Origin: Candidatus Scalinduaceae bacterium
GTDB taxonomy: Bacteria > Planctomycetota > Brocadiia > Brocadiales > Scalinduaceae
Direction of reading: 5' to 3'
Length of the DNA stretch: 64,000 nt
Assembly (NCBI GenBank): GCA_046759445.1
Contig: JBHICG010000004.1
Location: forward strand, 1 to 64,000
In this document: piece by piece, positions 53,918 through 62,780 of the stretch
Layout: every line of letters begins with the position of its first letter
Position numbering within the stretch: the stretch's first letter is position 1
Notes under the pieces: model-generated
Seen by the model: the letters and a program-made list of their open reading frames with translations, nothing else
Database searches by the model: none
Told to the model about the DNA's origin: nothing
Made by a program: the position numbers and the translations under genes

Positions 53918-56257
53918 ATGAGTATGAGAATCAATAAGTTATCGATTATTGAGGATAAATGTCCTAATTTCTGGGTGATGGTTATTTTATTCCTTTTGCA
54001 GTTGATGTTGTTGTGGAGAATGATTTTTTTAAACCAGTTTCCTCTAGATTGGGACCTTATGGGGCAGATATATCCGTGGAGGGTTATCTCTGCCAAGATG
54101 ATTAAGGATGGGATTATACCCTTGTGGAATCCTTATATTTTAAGCGGCACACCTCTCTTAGCCGATATGTTGAGCGGAGTATTTTATCCCCTCAATCTTC
54201 TTTTTTTAATCCTGACGCCGTTTACGGCCATGAAGTTAAACTATTTTATACATTATTTTCTAATGGGAATCTTTACGTATTTTTTTTGTATATCTATTAA
54301 AATGGATAGATTCGGTGGATTGATTGCGGCCACTATTTTTCCCTTTAGTCTTTATGTCTTCTCTAGAGAGACTCTTGCTACAAATACTACTGTCCTGGCT
54401 TCAATAACCTGGTTGCCCCTTTTGTTTATGCTAGTCGAACGATTATTGGCAAAAAACAGGTTGACAATTTCAATGTTATTAGGGGTCGTCCTTGCTTTAC
54501 AGTTTCTTGCCGGACATCCCCAAATTGCTTATTATTCAACGTTGTCTCTCATATTATATCTGGTTTTTAGGTGCTACAGTGAAAAAAGGGAGTGGCGTAA
54601 AATTCTTAAATCGTGTTTCCTTCTTGCCTTCGCTCTTTTTCTCGGCGTGTTTTTGTCTGCTGTTCAAATATTACCTACGATTGAGTTTACAACACTGAGT
54701 TACAGGGGATGGAATCAGGATGTACTTGGGGGCCTGGGTCCCAGCGACTTCTTTCGCCTGGGAGGGGTATATGTGGGTATAGTACCTCTAATACTGATTT
54801 TACCTTTACTCATATTCCAAAGGAATATGTATGCATTTTTTTTCTTTGCGCTTATCATTATAAGTTTTCTGGTAATGGTTGAATTTACTCATTTTTCTTC
54901 TTTGTTATCTCGTATTATCCCCTTTTTCCGAACCTTTTATGGAGCAAATAGGGTAATTTTCCTCTATATCTTTTCTGTGTCTATACTGGCTGGGATTGGA
55001 GTAAACACCTTGATAGAGAACTTTGATACAGAAAAAAAGGATTATCTGGCAAAACTCTGTAAGTTTATGGCATTTTTCAGCATACTCCTAGTATTTGTCT
55101 TAGTTTTTGCCTATTGGGGGAGAGAAGTTATCTTTTCTTTGTCTTTAAAGGTGATTTCAAATATTACGAGTTCTGCTGAAACTAGCGAAAAATTATATAA
55201 AATTCACTCATCTTTTATCTCCTTAATGTGGTTTTCGCTCTCGGTCATCATTCTTAGTATGGCCCTCGTATTTCTTCGATTAAGAAATAAGTTCGGTAAT
55301 CACTTATTTATGGCAGGTATTTTGTTGCTTGTCCTGGCCGTCCTTTTGATACAAGAAAAACCAACTAATGTTGACTTAAGAGTATATTTTGAGAAAACTG
55401 AGGCGACTAAATTTTTAAAAAACCACAATAAATATCAACGAATAGATGCCATTGACCCAAAATATGTTATAGATAGGCCACAATTAAACTTTTTCGTTCC
55501 TAATATTAACAGTATACACAATATTTACGGGATCCGCGGATATACCCCACTTCATATGTCTTATTATCTGGAATTTATAGACCTGATAAATGGAGCTGGA
55601 GTGGATTCATCTCTTTATAGGAGTGGAGAGAAAAAGCGTTTTTTATGGGTAGACAACTTTAAGTCTAAATTAGTTGACCTATTAAATGTCAGATATATAG
55701 TTACCAGTAAAGGAATAAAAGATCCACAATTTAATCTTGTCTATGCAGATGATATTAAAATCTACGAAAATAAAAATGTGCTTGAAAGAGCATTTATGGT
55801 ATACGATTATAAAGTAATTAAAGACAAACAAGGAATTTTGTCAGAACTTGGGAGTGATGATTTTAATCCCAGAAAGGTGGTAATACTGGAAAGAGAACCT
55901 CAAAAAGTTTTGAAGAATGAAGGTGATTTATCAGTATCACAACTCGATAGCGTTGACATAATTACCTATCTTCCCAATGAGGTAGTTATTCAGACTGAAT
56001 CGGATAGGGGTGGATTCTTAGTATTGGGTGATACTTATTATCCAGGTTGGAAGGTGTTTGTGGATAGGAATGAAGACGTAATATATAAAGCGAACTACAT
56101 CTTGAGAGGTGTATACTTAGATGAAGGGTCCCATACCATTAAGTTTATCTATGATCCCATTTCTTTTAAGTTAGGATGGATTGTAAGCTTGACAACATTG
56201 GTTGGCATATCGCTATTTTTCCTGTGTTGCATCTGGCCTTTGAGGTTAGAGAGGTAA
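53918..56257 (+). CDS. YfhO-family GT-C glycosyltransferase
   Basis: PLWNPYILSGTPLLAD...FYPLN, LAGHPQ, LLNVRY, LVLGDTYYPGW, ANYILRGV. Confidence 0.85.
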   Translation: MSMRINKLSIIEDKCPNFWVMVILFLLQLMLLWRMIFLNQFPLDWDLMGQIYPWRVISAKMIKDGIIPLWNPYILSGTPLLADMLSGVFYPLNLLFLILTPFTAMKLNYFIHYFLMGIFTYFFCISIKMDRFGGLIAATIFPFSLYVFSRETLATNTTVLASITWLPLLFMLVERLLAKNRLTISMLLGVVLALQFLAGHPQIAYYSTLSLILYLVFRCYSEKREWRKILKSCFLLAFALFLGVFLSAVQILPTIEFTTLSYRGWNQDVLGGLGPSDFFRLGGVYVGIVPLILILPLLIFQRNMYAFFFFALIIISFLVMVEFTHFSSLLSRIIPFFRTFYGANRVIFLYIFSVSILAGIGVNTLIENFDTEKKDYLAKLCKFMAFFSILLVFVLVFAYWGREVIFSLSLKVISNITSSAETSEKLYKIHSSFISLMWFSLSVIILSMALVFLRLRNKFGNHLFMAGILLLVLAVLLIQEKPTNVDLRVYFEKTEATKFLKNHNKYQRIDAIDPKYVIDRPQLNFFVPNINSIHNIYGIRGYTPLHMSYYLEFIDLINGAGVDSSLYRSGEKKRFLWVDNFKSKLVDLLNVRYIVTSKGIKDPQFNLVYADDIKIYENKNVLERAFMVYDYKVIKDKQGILSELGSDDFNPRKVVILEREPQKVLKNEGDLSVSQLDSVDIITYLPNEVVIQTESDRGGFLVLGDTYYPGWKVFVDRNEDVIYKANYILRGVYLDEGSHTIKFIYDPISFKLGWIVSLTTLVGISLFFLCCIWPLRLER

Positions 56258-56363
56258 TAGTGTTAATTCGGCTTAATAAACTTTTAAATTAAGGAGGTGC
56301 TACTTTTACTTACAACAAAAATAGTAGGTAACTGTAGCGAAAAGGTCTTTTGGGGAAAATTAA

Positions 56364-57305
56364 ATGAATATTTTGCCATACTTAAAGGTAATGCGCATCG
56401 ATCATTACCACAAGAATGTTTTTGTAATTGTTGGTATTGTCGTATTCTTTAAGGTCGCTGATGCAAAAATAGACATACCCCTTTTATTCAAACTTTTTGG
56501 GGCAATACTCATTGCTTGTATTGCATCATCCTTTAATTATATTATAAACGAATTACTAGATTCGGACTCAGATAAATTTCATCCGAAAAAAAAACATAGG
56601 CCTGTTCCATCAGGAGATACCAACATATATGTTGTTTTAACTATAAGCGTCTGTATTTTATTGGTTACTTTATGTTTAAGCTTCTTCTACTACAGCATGT
56701 ATTTTTTTATAACACTAATTTTGTTTTTCCTTTTAGCAATTCTATATAATGTGCCGCCCCTTCGGTTTAAGGATGTTGTATACATGGATGTAGTAATTGA
56801 ATCAGCTAATGCCCCCATTAGAATATTATTGGGTTGGTATGCAATTGGGACGAATATGCTTCCAAAATTATCAGTTCTGGTATCGGTTTGGTGTCTAGGT
56901 GGTTTTCTTATGACGGCAAAACGATATGCTGAGCATAAATTTATATCAAATGACTCTGACAGGGGCATGTATAGAAGGTCTTATAACACTTATACAAGTG
57001 AAATATTGTCTACTTATATGGTTTTCTGGCTTATCCTTTTCAATTTTGCATTTGGTATATTTATTGTACGTATAGAACCCGCAACATTAGTAGTATCTCC
57101 ATTTTTAATAACTTTTTTTATCTGGTATTGGTGGTTATCGACGAAACCCGATTCTATAGTTAAAGAGCCAGAAAGGGTCTTTGAAGAAAAGGGATTTTTT
57201 GTTTATTCGGTATTTCTTTCAATCCTTTTTGGTGTCGTTTTTTTATTCGGCAGTGAAATTCCCTTGATTGATTATATTCACCATCGCTATCTTTTCCCCA
57301 AATAA
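56364..57305 (+). CDS. Second, divergent UbiA-family phosphoribosyltransferase-like protein
   Basis: MRIDHYHKNVF, YIINELLDSDSDKFHPKKKHRPVPSG, YNVPPLRFKD...DV..ES.N.PIR, AKRYAE. Confidence 0.82.
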   Translation: MNILPYLKVMRIDHYHKNVFVIVGIVVFFKVADAKIDIPLLFKLFGAILIACIASSFNYIINELLDSDSDKFHPKKKHRPVPSGDTNIYVVLTISVCILLVTLCLSFFYYSMYFFITLILFFLLAILYNVPPLRFKDVVYMDVVIESANAPIRILLGWYAIGTNMLPKLSVLVSVWCLGGFLMTAKRYAEHKFISNDSDRGMYRRSYNTYTSEILSTYMVFWLILFNFAFGIFIVRIEPATLVVSPFLITFFIWYWWLSTKPDSIVKEPERVFEEKGFFVYSVFLSILFGVVFLFGSEIPLIDYIHHRYLFPK

Positions 57306-57394
57306 ATGTTTGTGCTTTCTTATATAACTTCCTGTTGCTAAAATAAAGATAGACCTATTAGGCATTAAGGGAATTAATAGTGCTTATACTTGAG

Positions 57395-57551
57395 TAATTA
57401 GTTTCTGTTGCGGAAAACTGAAATCCCCAAAAATGTCATTCTGAACTTGTTTCAGAATCTATGCATATCAATCCTGAATCAAGTTCAGGATCAGAGACCC
57501 TGAAACGAGTTCAGGGTGACAATATAACGTTTCCGCAACAGAAACTAATTA
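57395..57551. mobile_element. 157-bp MITE-like element with perfect 22-bp terminal inverted repeats enclosing three REP-like hairpins
   Basis: TAATTAGTTTCTGTTGCGGAAA (57395-57416) and TTTCCGCAACAGAAACTAATTA (57530-57551); internal CTGAA-N5-TTCAG palindromes. Confidence 0.7.
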
Positions 57552-57618
57552 TTAATAATGAGATTGGATATAAATTATAGCCGTTTCCTTTGGTTAATAA
57601 AAGGAATCGAGGGAGAGA

Positions 57619-58644
57619 ATGAAAAAGACTAAAATACTGAAAACGGGATTGAGGTTTTCCAGAAAGTTTGTTTTGAATAAATTGGGGATAAGAGCTCCAT
57701 TTCATGTTCAATGGGAAATCCTTTATGGATGCAACCTCAAATGCGATTTCTGTAATGTGTGGAGAGACCATACTTATGATGCGACTAGATTGAAGAGAGA
57801 GGATGCACTGCATTTGGTTGATGAATTGGCGGAAGTAGGCGTGATGTTTCTGAATCTCACAGGAGGAGAACCATTAATGCTTGACCACACAACTGACGTA
57901 CTTCAAAGGGCAAAAGAACACGGCATCTACACTTCCATGAACACTAATGGGGTATATGTTAAGGATAAGGTTAAGGAATTAAAGAAGGGGATTGAATTAC
58001 TGTATGTTTCCCTCGATAGTCCTTATGCTAAAACCCACGATGAATTAAGGGGAGCGGAGGGATGTTTTTCCCAGATAATGGATGGGATTAGGGCTGCATA
58101 TGACGAAGGTATTAACCTGGCAATCAACATGACTGTCACAAAAAAGAACTTTGATCATATGGAGAAGATGTGTGAATTGGCAACTAATTTAAATGTTCCT
58201 TTGTACATTAGGCACGTTAAAGTTATCCCAACCGAATTCAATGATGTTTCCAATGCTTCCAAACTAAATTACTCAGCGATGAAACATGTAGAGGCAGTGA
58301 GGAAATTGAAGAAAAAGTACAAGGCAATAAAGACAAGTGATGCATATCTAAATTTTATGGAGAACAAAGGTTTTACTAATTACCCGTGCAAGGCTATGAA
58401 AATAAGTCTGAACATTAAGCCGGATGGTACACTGGTTCTGCCTTGTGGGTATTTTCCCGTGCATAAATTTAAGAAGAACGGCAAGTCATTAAAGGAGATA
58501 ATAAAGAGCAAAGGATTTGAGGAAAAAACAAATATTAGGTGGTATGATTTCTGCGATAACTGCACTTTAAGTTGTTTTTATGTTCCAACAGCAATGATGG
58601 ATTTTAAGAATTATATTTCCCTGGTGAAGAGTTATGTTAGATAA
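57619..58644 (+). CDS. Radical SAM protein with SPASM/Twitch domain
   Basis: CNLKCDFC, LTGGEPL, NTNG, VSLD, C-terminal C..PDG..LPC...CDNCTLSC. Confidence 0.88.
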   Translation: MKKTKILKTGLRFSRKFVLNKLGIRAPFHVQWEILYGCNLKCDFCNVWRDHTYDATRLKREDALHLVDELAEVGVMFLNLTGGEPLMLDHTTDVLQRAKEHGIYTSMNTNGVYVKDKVKELKKGIELLYVSLDSPYAKTHDELRGAEGCFSQIMDGIRAAYDEGINLAINMTVTKKNFDHMEKMCELATNLNVPLYIRHVKVIPTEFNDVSNASKLNYSAMKHVEAVRKLKKKYKAIKTSDAYLNFMENKGFTNYPCKAMKISLNIKPDGTLVLPCGYFPVHKFKKNGKSLKEIIKSKGFEEKTNIRWYDFCDNCTLSCFYVPTAMMDFKNYISLVKSYVR

Positions 58645-58713
58645 AACATTTCTGGAATTAATGTTTGACCTAGTAATAACAAAATAAATATCTTTGCTTT
58701 TAAAAAGAGGATA

Positions 58714-59751
58714 GTGAAAATTTTATTAAAGACATTAAGGGTTGCGACTAAAGCTACGAAAGGTGTTTTTTTAGGGAAGAGAATTCCCATTAACGTTATG
58801 TTGTCCCTCACCGATCGGTGTCAATCCCTTTGTACCTATTGTCAAATTCCCCAGCGTCAAAAAAAGGAAATGACAACAAAACAAATTCGGTTATTGATTG
58901 ACCAGATTATTGCGGAAGGCTGCGAGAGGATAGCGCTTTGGGGAGGAGAGCCGCTCCTTCGTAAAGATATTGGTGATATTATTCGGTATTGTAAGAGTAA
59001 AAATTTATATGTTACCATGGATACAAATGGATTTTTGATTGAGAAACACCTTGAGGAAATAGCAAATCTTGATGTACTCCTGATTAGTTGGGACGGCCCA
59101 GAGCAGGCGCATGAGGCAAATCGAATCCCCAACAGTTACGACAGAGTCGTAGATGCCATAAAAATAGCGAAGGAAAAGGTAAAGGTGTGGACTCTTACTG
59201 TTTTAACAAAACATAATATTAACCGCATTAATGAGATACTGGAAATTGGAGGGCGGCTTGATGTTCCTATGCTTTTTCAACTCCTTTACCACAATCAAGA
59301 CCAGTCTGGTAACACGAGCAACCTTCTTCCGAGCCGCCAGGAACATTTGGATGCCTTTAAACGGCTTATTGAAGCCAAAAAAAAGGGTATTCCAATTGTG
59401 AATTCTTATGCCTATTTGAAACACCTGACCTCCTGGAAGGACTTTTCCAAACAAACTCAATCATTCCGGAAACGTGGTTATCCATTATGCAGAGCAGGTC
59501 AATTTTTCTGTAACGTTGATGTTGACGGTAAAGTTTATCCTTGTAATAGACTTGTAGAGCAAGTTGGTGCGAAGAGTTTTCTGGATGTGGGGTTTAAAGA
59601 GGCGTTTGGGTTTACGAGCCGGAATGGCTGTGAATCCTGTATTACGCCGGGGATTGAGTTTAGCCTTATGTTTTCCTTTGATATTGCGTCTATTGTCAAC
59701 TGGATCAATTTCATATTAAAAACCCAATCTCGCCCACGACAAGACCAGTAA
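58714..59751 (+). CDS. Radical SAM protein with SPASM/Twitch domain
   Basis: CQSLCTYC, WGGEPLLR, DTNG, SWDG, CRAG..VDVDGKVYPC...CESC. Confidence 0.88.
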   Translation: MKILLKTLRVATKATKGVFLGKRIPINVMLSLTDRCQSLCTYCQIPQRQKKEMTTKQIRLLIDQIIAEGCERIALWGGEPLLRKDIGDIIRYCKSKNLYVTMDTNGFLIEKHLEEIANLDVLLISWDGPEQAHEANRIPNSYDRVVDAIKIAKEKVKVWTLTVLTKHNINRINEILEIGGRLDVPMLFQLLYHNQDQSGNTSNLLPSRQEHLDAFKRLIEAKKKGIPIVNSYAYLKHLTSWKDFSKQTQSFRKRGYPLCRAGQFFCNVDVDGKVYPCNRLVEQVGAKSFLDVGFKEAFGFTSRNGCESCITPGIEFSLMFSFDIASIVNWINFILKTQSRPRQDQ

Positions 59752-59761
59752 TTACTTATTA

Positions 59762-60676
59762 ATGGAACATTCAAAGATGAAAGTACTTGTTACAGGAGCT
59801 ACTGGTTTTGTAGGACAACGGCTGATTTCAAGCTTGGTGGAAAGAAGCCATGATGTTATCGCCTTTGCTTTACAGGACGACAGTCCTGCTGTTGCCTTGT
59901 TTCAAAGAAATGTAGAAGTTAAATATGGCGATATTAGGGATCAGTCATCTATTGAAAAAGCCCTTAATGAGGTTGAAGCTGTTATAAATTTAGCAGCAGT
60001 ACAGGAATCTAACGACCAAAAGCTTAATGAAGAGGTTAATTATAAAGGTGTAAAAAACCTTATTGGGGCTTGTAAAAAACGTTCCACCAGACGCTTAATT
60101 CACTTATCTAGTATTGCCACCTGCTACAAAAATAAAAATTATTATGGTAAATCAAAAGAAAAGGCTGATCAATATGTAATGAATAAATCTGATATGGATT
60201 ATACAATAATTCGCCCTACCTTGATTTACGGTGACTGCATGGGAGGGCCTTTCCATACCTTTATAAAAACATTAGAGATACTACCATTTATAATTCCAGT
60301 TATTGGTAATGGAAAAGCATTAAAACGGCCAATATTTGTAGATGACGTTGTTTCTGCCGTCATCCTTTCATTGGAATTGGAAATAGCCATTGGCAAATAT
60401 TACAACATTAGCGGCCGTGATATTGTTTCCGTCGAGAAAATGATTAAGCGGATATTAGCAAGGAAAGGTATTAAAAAATTGATTGTCAAGATTCCAGTTT
60501 GGATTTTATACCCTTTTGCGTTTGTCTTAGAAATGTTTTTTACTAATCCTCCTTTTACGCGTGCATCTCTGATAACGGCTACACAGGACGGTATCTTAGA
60601 TCATAGTTTAATCAGGGATGAGCTTGGATTTAGACCAGTGTCTTTTGAAGAAGGACTTGCGAAAACTGGTTTTTAA
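59762..60676 (+). CDS. NAD(P)-dependent epimerase/dehydratase (extended or atypical SDR)
   Basis: VTGATGFVG, INLAA, LSS, YGKSK, RPTLIYG. Confidence 0.9.
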   Translation: MEHSKMKVLVTGATGFVGQRLISSLVERSHDVIAFALQDDSPAVALFQRNVEVKYGDIRDQSSIEKALNEVEAVINLAAVQESNDQKLNEEVNYKGVKNLIGACKKRSTRRLIHLSSIATCYKNKNYYGKSKEKADQYVMNKSDMDYTIIRPTLIYGDCMGGPFHTFIKTLEILPFIIPVIGNGKALKRPIFVDDVVSAVILSLELEIAIGKYYNISGRDIVSVEKMIKRILARKGIKKLIVKIPVWILYPFAFVLEMFFTNPPFTRASLITATQDGILDHSLIRDELGFRPVSFEEGLAKTGF

Positions 60677-60705
60677 CAACAGGTGTTAACTTCCTTGTTG
60701 TAATT

Positions 60706-62763
60706 ATGCCGAAGATTAAGATTGATCTTGGGAAGTTCAGGAAAAGGTTTGAGATGAAAATCAGTGACTACATAAACAATTCCAATAAAGCTATTACTTG
60801 TATGGTTGTCATAGTTACAGGTGTCTGGTTTAGCTCTTTATTTTTTCTTCCCAAAGATGCTTTTTGGTCGGGAGACATGGGAGTTAAATTGATACAGGTA
60901 AATAGTTTTATTTCAAAACAGTATAGTGGAATCTCCCTGGACTACCCGGGAAGGGATATTGATCCTCAATTAAAATTTTATCCACTCTCAGGCGATGAGG
61001 GTGCAGTTTTAGTCTTTGAAGTTGATGGGAAAATGTATTCCAAGGATCAAGTTTTTTTCACCTTTTTATCATCTTTTTTTTATAAGGCATTTGGATACTC
61101 AGGCCTGTATGTGATTTCTTTTTTTGCAGGGGCCTTTACTTTAATACTCACATTTTTAATATGTAAGCATAGTCCTGCCCGGAAATATGCCTGGTGCAGT
61201 ATTTTTTTGATTGGCCTTGCAACACCACTCTGGTTTTACTCCATAACATTTTGGGGACACACTTTAGCAACCTTCCTATTTTCATTGGCCTTGTTTTTAA
61301 TGATACTAGGAAGACAGAAGGGGAACCTATTTCTCTTTTTCGTTTCAGGGCTCATAATAGGTGTGGGAATTTGGAGCCGACCGGAAATTTATCTTTTGGT
61401 AGTAGCCTCTATTGCAGCACTTATTTTAGACAATAAAGATAGAAAAACTAAATTTCAAAGGATAATGTGGATGCTTATAGGAACCCTTTTGCTCCTTTTA
61501 CCGATGTGGGGTTTTAATCTGATGATTTTCAATAAACCTTTTACCCCACATATGGCACAATTATCACACAGTACATTTACCAGTCTTGTATATTCCTTTG
61601 TTAGTACCTTAACCATGTTATTTCATGGACCTTTACAAAATATATTCCACGACCTTCTTTTACAGATTCCTTTTGCCATACTGTTTGTTTTAAGTATAAA
61701 CTTAAAAACCGATAGATTATGGCCCAAACTATTCTCTATAGTGTTGTTGAGTTGTATATTAGTTTCATTCACAGCATTACTTAAAACTGACCGCACTGTT
61801 TCAGGTCTTGTGCCTCTTAGCCCTTTTATTGCCTTTTCCTTCCTGCTTTTATCTTATCCAATAAATGTTTTCAGAGAAATTCTTATGCGAGATCAGAAGA
61901 TTCGTACAATCAGTTCTGTTTTTAATATCCTGTTTAGCTTTGTCTGGGTAGCAGCTTCTTTGTTTTTATTTACGAAACCTGAGTTTACGGTCATATTAGG
62001 ACTACCTTATCAAGGCAGATTCTTCTGGCCTATTGCATTTATTTTATTGGCTATAATTCAAATATTATTGGTCTCTTGGTTATTAAATAAAAGAGACGAA
62101 AAAAATACTATTGGTTTTGTTGATGATGAAAGAGTATGGGTTAAATTTCTCGGTGTAATTTTTATAGTTTATATTCTACTGACATGTGTTTCCACTCCAT
62201 CTCCGGGAGGCAATGAATATGGCCCCCGCTATTTACTTCCTCTTTATCCTGTCCTTATTGTTCTAACCCTGATTGCCGTAACTAAACTTTTTGAAAGCGG
62301 GTTTTTTCACGTGTATAAAAAGGTTTTCTTTTTATCTTTCATTATTCTTTTCGGTTTATCTGTAATGTTTCAGGTTAAAGGAGTGAAAATATTGAATGAG
62401 AAGAAAAAGGCCTGTCTTTCTCTTGTTAGGGCTACCCAGAAACTGGGTTCTCAGGTTGTTATTACAGATGCCTTAAACTATCCCTGGGAGACTGCTTCGA
62501 TTTTTTATGAGAAGAAATTGTTTTATATTTCTGATAAGAAAAAATTAGCGGGATTATTGAATATTTTGGTCAGTAAGGATATAGATGAGTTCATATTTGT
62601 TACCTGGTCTGATCTTAATAAAAGCCTTCTTAATGGTATGGATACTTTACTGCCATACAAAATACAAAGCAGTCCTTCTGATAGGTTATATGTTTCCAGC
62701 CCAATCTTGTTAGGTAATTTTGTTCTCCAAAAATATAAAATTATGTTTAGCAGAAGTACTTAA
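60706..62763 (+). CDS. Polytopic GT-C-fold glycosyltransferase-like protein
   Basis: First TM then FWSGDMGVK loop, ATPLWFYSITFWGH, RPE, GGNEYGPRYLLP; many TM segments. Confidence 0.7.
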   Translation: MPKIKIDLGKFRKRFEMKISDYINNSNKAITCMVVIVTGVWFSSLFFLPKDAFWSGDMGVKLIQVNSFISKQYSGISLDYPGRDIDPQLKFYPLSGDEGAVLVFEVDGKMYSKDQVFFTFLSSFFYKAFGYSGLYVISFFAGAFTLILTFLICKHSPARKYAWCSIFLIGLATPLWFYSITFWGHTLATFLFSLALFLMILGRQKGNLFLFFVSGLIIGVGIWSRPEIYLLVVASIAALILDNKDRKTKFQRIMWMLIGTLLLLLPMWGFNLMIFNKPFTPHMAQLSHSTFTSLVYSFVSTLTMLFHGPLQNIFHDLLLQIPFAILFVLSINLKTDRLWPKLFSIVLLSCILVSFTALLKTDRTVSGLVPLSPFIAFSFLLLSYPINVFREILMRDQKIRTISSVFNILFSFVWVAASLFLFTKPEFTVILGLPYQGRFFWPIAFILLAIIQILLVSWLLNKRDEKNTIGFVDDERVWVKFLGVIFIVYILLTCVSTPSPGGNEYGPRYLLPLYPVLIVLTLIAVTKLFESGFFHVYKKVFFLSFIILFGLSVMFQVKGVKILNEKKKACLSLVRATQKLGSQVVITDALNYPWETASIFYEKKLFYISDKKKLAGLLNILVSKDIDEFIFVTWSDLNKSLLNGMDTLLPYKIQSSPSDRLYVSSPILLGNFVLQKYKIMFSRST

Positions 62764-62780
62764 GGGGATGCGTATTGAGT

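Noticed and set aside
57434..57521. Three related palindromes as a mini CRISPR array
   Set aside because: Spacers are only a few to ~10 bp, units are inverted relative to each other, and no cas genes are present
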